In this document: piece by piece, positions 30,585 through 39,734 of the stretch
Position numbering within the stretch: the stretch's first letter is position 1
How the letters are laid out: every line of letters starts with the position of its first letter
DNA from: Alphaproteobacteria bacterium
GTDB taxonomy: Bacteria; Pseudomonadota; Alphaproteobacteria; SP197
Assembly (NCBI GenBank): GCA_964291265.2
Contig: OZ219747.1
Span: forward strand, 448,001 to 512,000
Direction: 5' to 3'
Length of the DNA: 64,000 bases
Notes under the pieces: generated by a model
Told to the model about the DNA's origin: nothing
The model's input: only the letters and a program-made list of their open reading frames with translations
Database searches by the model: none
Translations under genes and position numbers: made by a program

Positions 30585-31556
30585 ATGCAGATCGACACCT
30601 TGAAGAGTGACGCCGCAGCGGTCCGCGGTGCGCGCACGGTCGAGCGCGTGCCGGAGAGCTTCAACCCGCGTCCGCTGCGCCTTTACCTGCTGTGGCTGAT
30701 GCTGCCGGCGATCCTGTTGCTCGCGGCCATCACGCTCTATCCCTTCTTCTGGCTCATCTTCATGACCCTGCACGAGGTTCAGCTTGCGCCCGGCAAGCCG
30801 GACCTGTGGGTCGGCCTGGACAATTTCGCGCGACTTATCCACGACAAGCAGTTCCTGAACGGGTGGCTCACGCTGTTCAGGTACAGCGCTCTTTGCCTCT
30901 CGGTGGAGATCTGCCTCGGCGTGCTCGTCGCCGTCCTTCTGCACAACAGCCGTTTCGAGAAGATCCTCGTCACCGTTTTCCTGATGCCGATGATGATGGC
31001 ACCGGTGATCGCCGGATTTCTCTACCTGTTCCTCTACAACGGGACGTTCGGCTGGTATTTCTGGCTGTTGCAGAGCATCGGCCTCCTCGAAGGGGGGTCG
31101 ATCCTCGGCAACAAGTCATGGGCCATGTTCGCCATCGTTGCGACCGATGTCTGGCAATGGACGCCGTTGATTGCGCTCATCACGCTTGCCGGCCTCAAGC
31201 GCGTTCCTCAGGACCAGCTCGAGGCCCACATGGTGGACGGCGCCGGCGCCCTGCGCAATTTTGTCAGCGTGGCCCTGCCCAACCTCTACCCTTTCCTGCT
31301 GATCGCGATCCTGCTTCGTTTCATGGACAACTTCAGGTTCATTGACGCCATCCTGATCATGACCGGTGGCGGCCCGGCCAATGCCACCAAGATCCTGCCG
31401 ACGTATCTCTTCGACGTCTCCTTCAAGTACTTCGAGCTCGGACGCGGCGCCGCCGTTGCCTTCACCCTTCTGCTGCTGACGATCATCCTGGGTCTCGTGC
31501 TCACCAAGGTGTTCGAGAGTCCGGGCAGCAAGATTACCTCCGGACAGGGAGACTAG
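30585..31556 (+). CDS. Sugar ABC transporter permease
   Basis: VGLDNF, DVWQWTP and EAA-loop variant EAHMVDGA. Confidence 0.9.
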   Translation: MQIDTLKSDAAAVRGARTVERVPESFNPRPLRLYLLWLMLPAILLLAAITLYPFFWLIFMTLHEVQLAPGKPDLWVGLDNFARLIHDKQFLNGWLTLFRYSALCLSVEICLGVLVAVLLHNSRFEKILVTVFLMPMMMAPVIAGFLYLFLYNGTFGWYFWLLQSIGLLEGGSILGNKSWAMFAIVATDVWQWTPLIALITLAGLKRVPQDQLEAHMVDGAGALRNFVSVALPNLYPFLLIAILLRFMDNFRFIDAILIMTGGGPANATKILPTYLFDVSFKYFELGRGAAVAFTLLLLTIILGLVLTKVFESPGSKITSGQGD

Positions 31557-31560
31557 GCCC

Positions 31561-32439
31561 GTGTCGTCGCGCGAGATCGTCCGCTATCGTTCGCCGATGC
31601 GCAGCGTGGGCCAGGGACTTTCGACCCTGTTCCTGATCGTGTTCCTTGCATGGACCGTGTTGCCGCTCTTCATCATGGTGGTGTCGTCCTTCAAGGATCT
31701 GCTGGATGCGTTCCAGCTGCCCGCGGTCGGCGACTGGGGCGGCGTCGGTGTCATGTTCGATTTCGAACCGACGGGCCGGCACTACGTCGAACTGTTCACC
31801 GAGAAGAGTTTCGGCACCTATCTGCGGAACAGCCTGATCGCATCGCTGGGTTCGGCGGCGGTTTCGGTCGCACTGGGCTCGATGGCGGCCTACGCGCTGT
31901 CTCGGGCCGAGTTCCGGGGCAGGAAAGACCTTCTGTTCTGGATCATCTCGACGCGGATGGCGCCCGTGGTAGCGGTCATGGTGCCGCTCTACGTGATCTT
32001 TCGCTCATCGGGGCTCGTGGGCACGCTGCCCGGTCTCATTCTCGCCTACACCACCTTCAATCTTCCCTTCGCCATCTGGATCCTCAAGGGCTTCTTCGAC
32101 AATGTGCCCTATGCGATCGAGGAGGCTGCTCAGTGTGACGGTTGCAACCGCTGGCAGGCGTTCGGGCTGATCATTCCTCTGGTGGCGCCGGGCATCGGCG
32201 CCTTCATCGTGCTCTGCGTCCTGTTCGGCTGGAACGATTTCCTGTTCGCCTCGATCATCGGATCGGGCGGCGCCAAGACCCTGCCGGTGGCGACCGCCGA
32301 ACTGGTGCAGCCGGTCAAGATCCAGTGGGGCATGATCATGGCCGCCGGAGTCGTCACCACAGTGCCGATGATGTTCCTGGGCCTGTTGATCCGGCGCTAC
32401 CTGGTGGCCGGGCTGACCATGGGCGCGGTCAGGGAGTAG
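31561..32439 (+). CDS. Sugar ABC transporter permease
   Basis: NLPFAIWILKGFF, IEEAAQCDG and GLTMGAVR. Confidence 0.9.
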   Translation: MSSREIVRYRSPMRSVGQGLSTLFLIVFLAWTVLPLFIMVVSSFKDLLDAFQLPAVGDWGGVGVMFDFEPTGRHYVELFTEKSFGTYLRNSLIASLGSAAVSVALGSMAAYALSRAEFRGRKDLLFWIISTRMAPVVAVMVPLYVIFRSSGLVGTLPGLILAYTTFNLPFAIWILKGFFDNVPYAIEEAAQCDGCNRWQAFGLIIPLVAPGIGAFIVLCVLFGWNDFLFASIIGSGGAKTLPVATAELVQPVKIQWGMIMAAGVVTTVPMMFLGLLIRRYLVAGLTMGAVRE

Positions 32440-32480
32440 AAGGCCAGGGGTGTTGTACACATGCCGATCCGGGGGGATTG

Positions 32481-33572
32481 ATGGCTGCAGTGACGATCGC
32501 TGACGTGTGGAAGTACTACGGCAAGACCGTTGCCGTGAAGGAGCTCGATCTCGAGATCCGGGACAACGAGTTCATGTGCATTCTCGGCCCTTCCGGTTGC
32601 GGCAAGTCATCGACGCTGCGCATGCTTGCGGGCCTGGAGTTCATCTCCGCCGGAGACATCTTCTTTGACGACGTCCGCGTGAACGACCTGCCGCCGCGGG
32701 ACCGCGACATCGCGATGGTGTTCGAGAACTACGCCCTCTATCCTCACAAGACGGTGTTCGAGAACATGGCGAACCCGCTGAAACTGAGGCGCACGCCGTC
32801 GGACGAGATCCATCGCCGGGTTCATCGTGCGGCCGAGATCCTCGAGATCACTCCCCTGCTTCAGCGCAAGCCGATGGAGTTGAGCGGCGGGCAGAAACAG
32901 CGCACCGCGATAGGCCGCGCGATCGTGCGCGAACCCAAGGTCTTCCTGTTCGACGAGCCGATTGCGCATCTCGACGCGAAGCTGAGATCCCACATGCGCG
33001 GCGAGCTCAAGCACCTTCAGCGCGACCTCGAGACCACGACCATCTATGTCACCCACGACCAGCTCGAGGGGATGTCGATGGCCGACCGGATTGCCGTGAT
33101 GCACGACGGCGTCCTGCAACAGCTCGGCACGCCCTCGGAGATCTACGACAGTCCATGCAACGAATTCGTCGCGGGCTTTGTCGGCGAACCGCCGATGAAC
33201 TTCCTCGACTGCAGCCTGGAACGGACATCGGATGGACTCTGCGTGGTGCACCGGGGGTTCAGGCTTGTCCTTGGCGAGCACCAGGCGGCGAAGCTCGGCT
33301 CAGTCAGCGACGCCGGCGTGCGCATCGGTATCCGTCCCGACAACATCGCCATCGAACCTGGCGATCAGGGCGCGTTCGACATACCGGGTGTCATCTATGT
33401 CGTCGAGCCGCTCGGTGGCGACATGATCGTCGAGGTCACGGTTGGCGGCGACCGGGTGATGGTGAAGAGCAGGATCGGTCCCATGGGGGGCTCCGGGGAG
33501 CCGTGCCGCATCAGCCTCGCTGTGGACAAGCTGCACATCTTCGACAAGGATACGGGAACCGCCTACCTCTAA
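32481..33572 (+). CDS. MalK/UgpC-like ABC ATP-binding protein
   Basis: GPSGCGKS, LSGGQKQR, FDEP, YVTHDQ and a TOBE-like C-terminus. Confidence 0.93.
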   Translation: MAAVTIADVWKYYGKTVAVKELDLEIRDNEFMCILGPSGCGKSSTLRMLAGLEFISAGDIFFDDVRVNDLPPRDRDIAMVFENYALYPHKTVFENMANPLKLRRTPSDEIHRRVHRAAEILEITPLLQRKPMELSGGQKQRTAIGRAIVREPKVFLFDEPIAHLDAKLRSHMRGELKHLQRDLETTTIYVTHDQLEGMSMADRIAVMHDGVLQQLGTPSEIYDSPCNEFVAGFVGEPPMNFLDCSLERTSDGLCVVHRGFRLVLGEHQAAKLGSVSDAGVRIGIRPDNIAIEPGDQGAFDIPGVIYVVEPLGGDMIVEVTVGGDRVMVKSRIGPMGGSGEPCRISLAVDKLHIFDKDTGTAYL

Positions 33573-33615
33573 ACGACAGGCACCGCATTTCAGGATACGA
33601 CAGGGGAGTCGAATA

Positions 33616-34584
33616 ATGCAGATGAGCAGGGACAGTTTGTTGGCGGCCTACCGCACCATGACCATGATTCGGGCGTTCGAGGAACGCCTTCACGTGGAGT
33701 TCGCGACGGGCGCCATTCCGGGTTTCGTTCATCTCTATGCCGGTGAGGAGGCAAGCGGTGTCGGCGTGTGCATGCATCTCGACGACCGCGACCGCATCGC
33801 CAGCACCCATCGCGGGCACGGGCACTGCATTGCCAAGGGCTGTGACGTGGATGGCATGATGGCGGAGATCTTCGGGCGCCGGGAGGGCCTGTGCGCCGGC
33901 AAAGGAGGCTCCATGCACATCGCCGACCTCGACAAGGGCATGATGGGCGCGAACGGCATCGTCGGCGGTGGCCCGCCGCTTGTCTGCGGCGCGGGGCTGG
34001 CGGCCAAGCAGCTCGGCACGGGCGGCGTCGCTGTCGCCTTTGTCGGCGATGGCGGTTCCAACCAAGGGACGACGTTCGAGAGTCTCAATCTGGCTTCGAT
34101 CTGGAACCTGCCCTGCGTTTTCGTCGTCGAGAACAACGGCTATGCGGAATCGACGTCATCGAAGTGGTCGATTGCCTGCGAGGACGCAGCCGACCGCGCT
34201 GCCGGCTTCAACATGCCGGGCGTGGTGATCGACGGGCATGACTTCTTCGCCGTTCACGAAGCTGCCGGCGAGGCGATCGAACGGGCGCGCAAGGGTGACG
34301 GACCGAGCCTGCTGGAGTGCAAGCTCAATCGCTACTACGGACATTTCGAGGGTGACGCGCAGACGTACCGCGGCCCGGACGAGGTCAAGAGACTGCGCGA
34401 AACGCGGGACTGTCTGCAGCTCTTCAAGGACAGGGTGAATGCCGCGGGACTGCTTGAGCGCGAGGCGCTCGAGGCGCTCGAGGAAGAAGCAAGAACCGCG
34501 GTCGACGGGGCAGTGACGAAGGCCAAGGCAGCGCCCTCGCCAACAGTCGCTGATCTCCTGACCGATGTCTATGTGTCGTACTGA
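33616..34584 (+). CDS. acoA: Acetoin dehydrogenase E1 alpha (TPP-dependent)
   Basis: PGFVHLYAGEEA, STHRGHGH, GDG...ENN TPP motif and YYGHFEGD. Confidence 0.9.
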   Translation: MQMSRDSLLAAYRTMTMIRAFEERLHVEFATGAIPGFVHLYAGEEASGVGVCMHLDDRDRIASTHRGHGHCIAKGCDVDGMMAEIFGRREGLCAGKGGSMHIADLDKGMMGANGIVGGGPPLVCGAGLAAKQLGTGGVAVAFVGDGGSNQGTTFESLNLASIWNLPCVFVVENNGYAESTSSKWSIACEDAADRAAGFNMPGVVIDGHDFFAVHEAAGEAIERARKGDGPSLLECKLNRYYGHFEGDAQTYRGPDEVKRLRETRDCLQLFKDRVNAAGLLEREALEALEEEARTAVDGAVTKAKAAPSPTVADLLTDVYVSY

Positions 34585-34601
34585 TCAGGGGAGTTCGCAA
34601 G

Positions 34602-35612
34602 ATGGCACGCAAAGCAACGTATCAGCAGGCAATCAATGAGGCCCTCGCCCAGGAGATGGAACGTGACGAGACGGTCATCGTCATGGGCGAGGATGTCGCC
34701 GGCGGCGCCGGCACGGATGGCGAGCGCGATGCCTGGGGAGGACCACTCGGCATCACCAAGGGGCTCTACGCCAGGTTCGGCGAACGCGTCATGGACACGC
34801 CGATCAGCGAGTCGGCCTTCATCGGGGCGGCCGTCGGCGCCGCGACCGCGGGGTTGCGTCCGGTGGCCGAGCTCATGTTCATCGACTTCATGGGAGTCTG
34901 CTTCGACCAGATATTCAATCAGGCCGCCAAGTTCCGTTACATGTTTGGCGGCAAGGCGCAAACGCCGGTGGTCATCCGCACCATGTATGGCGCGGGCCTG
35001 CGGGCGGCCGCTCAGCATTCGCAGTGCCTCTACCCGGTCTTCACGCACATACCCGGGCTGAAGGTCGTGACCCCGTCCACTCCCTATGATGCCAAGGGCC
35101 TTCTGATCCAGGCGATCCGCGACAACGATCCGGTGATCTTCTGCGAGCACAAGGCGCTCTACACACTGGAAGGCGATGTTCCCGAAGAACCCTATGCGCT
35201 TCCCTTCGGTGAAGCCGGTATCGTTCGCGAAGGCGGCGACGTCACCATCGTGACTCTCGGGCGCATGGTTCACGTGGCGGTCGAAGCGGCTGGCGCGCTG
35301 GCGAAGGACGGTATCGAGTGCGAGATTGTCGACCTGCGCACGACCTCGCCGCTCGACGAGGACAGCGTCATCGAATCAGTCGAGAACACGGGCCGTCTCG
35401 TGGTCCTCGACGAGGCAACTCCTCGCTGCAACATGGCCACCGACATTGCGGCCCTGGTGAGCGAGCAGGCTTTCGGCGCCCTCAAGGGACCGATCAGGAG
35501 GGTGACGGCGCCACATACGCCGGTGCCCTTTGCCAGCACCCTGGAAGACCTCTACATCCCTGATTCCGCAGCGGTGCAGAAGGCTGTGAAAGCAGCCGTG
35601 GGTGCCTCCTGA
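34602..35612 (+). CDS. acoB: Acetoin dehydrogenase E1 beta
   Basis: DAWGG, DTPISESA, ELMFIDF and AAQHSQ. Confidence 0.9.
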   Translation: MARKATYQQAINEALAQEMERDETVIVMGEDVAGGAGTDGERDAWGGPLGITKGLYARFGERVMDTPISESAFIGAAVGAATAGLRPVAELMFIDFMGVCFDQIFNQAAKFRYMFGGKAQTPVVIRTMYGAGLRAAAQHSQCLYPVFTHIPGLKVVTPSTPYDAKGLLIQAIRDNDPVIFCEHKALYTLEGDVPEEPYALPFGEAGIVREGGDVTIVTLGRMVHVAVEAAGALAKDGIECEIVDLRTTSPLDEDSVIESVENTGRLVVLDEATPRCNMATDIAALVSEQAFGALKGPIRRVTAPHTPVPFASTLEDLYIPDSAAVQKAVKAAVGAS

Positions 35613-36727
35613 TGAGTGAAGGCATACGCTCCATCTGCATGCCCAAGTGGGGCCTTTCCATGAAGGAGGGGAAAGTGGCGGCATGGCTCGTGGAAGAAGG
35701 CCATGCCGTCGCGCCCGGCGACGAGGTCATCGACATCGAGACCGAGAAGATCGCCAGTGCGGTGGAGGCGGTCGACGGCGGCCTATTGCGGCGCCGCGTG
35801 GCGGACGTGGGCGAAGTCCTGCCGGTCGGCGCCCTTCTCGGGATCGTTGCCGACGACAGTGTCGACGATACCGACATTGAGTCCTTCGTCGCCGACTTTC
35901 AGGCGAACTTCGTGCCGCCCGATGATGACGACGAAGAAGAAAGCGGTCCGGCAACCGAGACCGTGGAGGTGGCGGGGCGCACGATCCGCTACCTGACGAG
36001 GGGTGACGGCGGCACACCGGTCATCCTCGTTCATGGATTTGGCGGCGATCTCCACAACTGGCTCTTCAATCATGAGGCGCTTGCCGGGTCGCGCACGGTT
36101 CATGCTCTCGACCTGCCGGGTCATGGCAGTTCCAGCAAGGAGGTCGGCGACGGCTCGATCGGTTTCCTTGCCGACATCGTCCTCGGCTTCGCCGATGCCC
36201 TCGGAATCGACAGGGCACATCTTGTCGGCCACTCGATGGGCGGCGCCGTTTCGCTTGCCTGCGCACGGTCGGCGCCGCAGCGTGTGGCATCGCTTACCCT
36301 GATCGCAAGCGCCGGTCTCGGCAGGGAGATCGACGGGGACTACCTCGACGGCTTCATCTCCGCCGAACGCCGCAGGGACCTCAAGCCTCATGTCGAAAAG
36401 CTGTTCAGTGATCCAGCGCTCGTGACGAGGCAGATCGTCGACGATCTGCTTGCCTTCAAGCGGATCGACGGCGTGACCGCGGCGCTCGGCACGATCAGGG
36501 ACGCCCTTGCGCCGGGTGGCGAGCAGGCCGAGATCATGCGCGAGGTGGCAGGCAGCGTGCCGACTCTCGTCATCTGGGGGTCCGAGGACCGGATCATTCC
36601 CGCATCCCACGCGCATGGCCTGGCGAACGGCGTGTCCTCGACAGTGCTCGACGGTCAGGGTCACATGGTGCAGATGGAAGCTGCAACCGACGTCAACCGT
36701 CTGGTCGCGGACCACGTGGGCGCCTGA
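35612..36727 (+). CDS. acoC: AcoC: lipoyl domain fused to an alpha/beta-hydrolase domain
   Basis: MPKWGLSM, ETEKI lipoyl Lys, HGFGGD, GHSMGG and GHMVQME. Confidence 0.88.
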   Translation: MSEGIRSICMPKWGLSMKEGKVAAWLVEEGHAVAPGDEVIDIETEKIASAVEAVDGGLLRRRVADVGEVLPVGALLGIVADDSVDDTDIESFVADFQANFVPPDDDDEEESGPATETVEVAGRTIRYLTRGDGGTPVILVHGFGGDLHNWLFNHEALAGSRTVHALDLPGHGSSSKEVGDGSIGFLADIVLGFADALGIDRAHLVGHSMGGAVSLACARSAPQRVASLTLIASAGLGREIDGDYLDGFISAERRRDLKPHVEKLFSDPALVTRQIVDDLLAFKRIDGVTAALGTIRDALAPGGEQAEIMREVAGSVPTLVIWGSEDRIIPASHAHGLANGVSSTVLDGQGHMVQMEAATDVNRLVADHVGA

Positions 36728-36943
36728 CGCCGGGACAGGCGTATTCCGCACGACGCTGCGGCGCCGGGACCTCTCACCGGCTTAGCACCGGAACACGGTT
36801 GCGCGAGATCGGTTCGTTCGACGACATCGGCCACGCCGGGGCCTTGAGGTTTCGCACGGGGACTGTTCAGGAGGGCGGTCATAAAGGGGTTCGACGATCT
36901 TGCCCGCTGCATTGCGTTGCCGGAGTCGTCCTGCTCGTTCTCC

Positions 36944-38719
36944 GTCGGGTAGGCCACTGGCGCGCGCATCCGTAGGCAGAGGCTTTGTCCGTCACCGCTC
37001 TTTCGATTGCGGGCGGGGTCGCAGTTCTCCCATAGACCACGTTTCCAGCAGTCGGGTAGGCCGCTGGCGCGCGCATCCGTAGGCAGAGGCTTTGTCCGGC
37101 ACCGCTCTTTCGATTGCGGGCGGGGTCGCAGAACTACCATAGACCACGTTTCCAGCAGCCTCCCTAAAATTCCGTACGTCCGGTTTTCCCGGGTACGGCT
37201 TCAAGCATCAGGCACCCACTTGGAGTTCGGTGCGGAGCCTTCCGCCGAACACGCCATGGTCAAGGCTGACCCGACCATACCCACGGCATCTCCGAGCGTT
37301 TGCTCCGTCCTTCGACCTTGCAGTCTGTCGGTCGGTGCCGGTCTCTGAGTACCGACTTGACCTGCCGCATAAGCCACCTGAGCCCTGAGGTCCTCGCTCA
37401 GGACGGGTTGTGTTGTCCCGCCCGTCAACGCTTACTCGACCTCATCCGCCAGTCAGGAGGACTCCGCGTCCTTTCCCAGTCCTGGTTATAGACGCGGTCC
37501 TTGACATTCAAGGGTCACTTCATCCTGTCTGTCCTCCTCACCTTCCGGCCTTTCACTGCTGTACTGTCCCGGATTGCCGTCGTCTCTACCACGGGGAACC
37601 CGATGCGTGCTCCCCAGTTCTTCCGCATCGACTCTGGCCACCAAGCTGGGGGCAGGCCCTTGGCGTTCCCAACACCCCACAAGTCAGCTTCATGTGGGAA
37701 ATTTCATTTTCGAGGCTTCGTACAATCGTTCGCTTTCGCTACGGCCCTCCGGTTCGCTCGCCGCCCTGGCTGACCAGACCAACTGGACACTGCGTTCCAG
37801 CCAGCCCACAGCGGCTTCTACATCCCAGCTCGCTGGCCCAGGGTCACCCCTGTACCAGTGGGATATGCTACGGCGCCAAACTGGGAATTGCGCCGGCGGG
37901 ACTTTCACCCGCAAGTACAGCAGCTAGACTCGCTGCACGCCCCCCTAAAATTCCGTACGTCCGGTTTTCCCGGGTACGGCTTCAAGCATCAGGCACCCAC
38001 TTGGAGTTCGGTGCGGAGCCTTCCGCCGGACACGCCATGGTCAAAGCTGACCCATCCATACCCACGGCATCTCCTTGCGTTTGCTCCGTCCTTCGACCTT
38101 GCAGTCTGTCGGTCGGTGCCGGTCTCTGAGTACCGACTTGACCTGCCGCATAGGCCACCTGAGCCCTGAGGTCCTCGCTCGGGACGGGTTGTGTTGTCCC
38201 GCCCGTCAACGCTTACTCGACCTCATCCGCCAGTCAGGAGGACTCCGCGTCCTTTCCCAATCCTGGTTATAGACGCGGTCCTTGACATTCAAGGGTCACT
38301 TCATCCTGTCTGTCCTCCTCACCTTCCGGCCTTTCACTGCTGTACTGTCCCGGATTGCCGCCGTCTGTACCCTGGGGAACCCGATGCGTGCTCATCAGTT
38401 CTTCCGCATCGACTCTGGCCATCGGGCCGGATCCACGCCCTTGGCATTCCCGACCACCCCACAAATCAGCTTCGTGTGGGAGCATCATTTCGTGGCTTCA
38501 TCCAATCGTTCGCTTTCGCTACGGCCCTCCGGTTTGCTCGCCGCCCTGGCTGACCGAACCGGTTGGGCACTGTGTCCCAGCCAGCCCACAACGGCTTTCT
38601 ACGTCCCAGCTCGCTGGTCCAAGGTCGCCCCTGAACCAGTGGGATATGCTACGGCGCCAAACTGACAATTGCGCCGGCGGGACTTTCACCCGCAAGTACA
38701 GCAGCTAGACTCGCTGCAC
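36944..38719 (-). ncRNA. ORF-less group II intron, outer member of a twintron (888 nt net)
   Basis: 5' GUGCAGCGAG at 38719, DV GAAGCCGUACCCGGGAAAACCGGACGUACGGAAUU at about 37949-37983, DVI at 36944-37050 with bulged A and ...ACCCGAC end. EBS1/EBS2 are complementary to its 5' exon. Confidence 0.9.
37051..37938 (-). ncRNA. ORF-less group II intron, inner member (888 nt), inserted in DVI of the outer intron
   Basis: Complete from GUGCAGCGAG (37938) through DV (about 37168-37202) to ACCCGAC (37051). EBS1 GCCCCC matches the flanking GGGGGC. No RT ORF. Confidence 0.92.
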
Positions 38720-39084
38720 GGATCCCGATGCTTGGCTGTCCGAGGAATTCGCCGCTCTCATCTTCGAAGGCTCGTGGCGCATGGGGTGTGACGGTAGAAC
38801 TCCGAACGGAGTCGGGATCGGGCGAAGTCGCCCTGCACACCCCATCGCCTGATACGTCGGCGTCACAAGGGAATGGAGCCGTCGCGGCGATTGATCGAGA
38901 CCACCGGTCCGCGATCTTCGAGCGCGTTCCGCGTTGTCGGCCGATCACAGAGGTAACAGAACGCGTCGTGGAGTGCAGAATCTTGGACTGTGGCCATCCT
39001 CGTTCTTCCGCAACCGGAACGTTGCGGCGTGGACATCCGTCATACAATCGGTCTACATTGTGGCCCAATCAGGAGGATCGACCC

Positions 39085-39342
39085 GTGCGCACCGTCGTTC
39101 GGGCCCGCATCGACGAAAGCACCAAGCGGGAAGCCGCCGCCGTACTCGACGCGATCGGCCTCACCGTGTCCGATGCCTTCCGCCTGATGATGGTGCGGAT
39201 CGCGGCCGAGAAACGCCTGCCCTTCGAGCCCCTGGTGCCGAACGCGGAGACTATCGCGGCCATGGAGGCCGCGCGGCGGGGCGACTTGGTCACGGTCGGC
39301 GATGTCGACGGCCTGATGGCCGACCTCCATGCGGACGATTAG
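39085..39342 (+). CDS. dinJ: RelB/DinJ-family antitoxin
   Basis: VVRARIDE..K.EAAAVL.AIGLTVSDAFRLMM.RIA.EK.LPFEPLVPNAETIAAM. RBS aggagg. Confidence 0.9.
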   Translation: MRTVVRARIDESTKREAAAVLDAIGLTVSDAFRLMMVRIAAEKRLPFEPLVPNAETIAAMEAARRGDLVTVGDVDGLMADLHADD

Positions 39343-39343
39343 A

Positions 39344-39728
39344 CCGAAGTTCCGGACGATTTCAGCGGTATAACCACACCAAGTAGTTGATCTTGCTGAT
39401 AAAATGGCACAGAGACAGCACGCAAGTGTTCCCATGTAACGGTGAAGAACTCTTGTGACACATAAGGCCTTTTCCCCATATACGTTGCCATGTACGGGGA
39501 CATAGCCCCCAACCGCATGAGGCCCTCGCCAACAATCTCTCCTCCTGGCCCATGGAGAAGGTCGAAACCCTGCGGCCCTTCCAGGTCACCATGCGACCCA
39601 CGACGCTCCGGAAAAAGGCCCTGAACCACCTCGACGTACGCCTGTAGCGTTCCCAGTAACGTCACACCCGATTATCTCAAACATCAATACATTCATAATG
39701 ATACGTCTGATCGGTGCTGGAACTTCGG
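39344..39728 (+). mobile_element. MITE (internally deleted IS1634 relative), 385 bp
   Basis: IS1634 TIRs and the same deletion junction as 8407-8793. Flanked by attaga. Confidence 0.9.
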
Positions 39729-39734
39729 ATTAGA

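Noticed and set aside
36944-37160. About 107-bp and 780-bp tandem-looking repeats as a VNTR, CRISPR array or assembly duplication
   Set aside because: They are DVI and DI-DV of two nested introns. Their differences include the EBS positions that match each flank, which a simple duplication or misassembly would not produce.
37201-38209. Duplicated 75-aa ORFs (37201-37428 and 37982-38209) as intron-encoded proteins
   Set aside because: No RT (YADD), maturase or endonuclease motifs. They are too short and overlap structured RNA.
36860-39068. A host gene restored by splicing of the outer intron
   Set aside because: The joined exons give only short frames without recognisable motifs on either strand, so the site looks intergenic or decayed.
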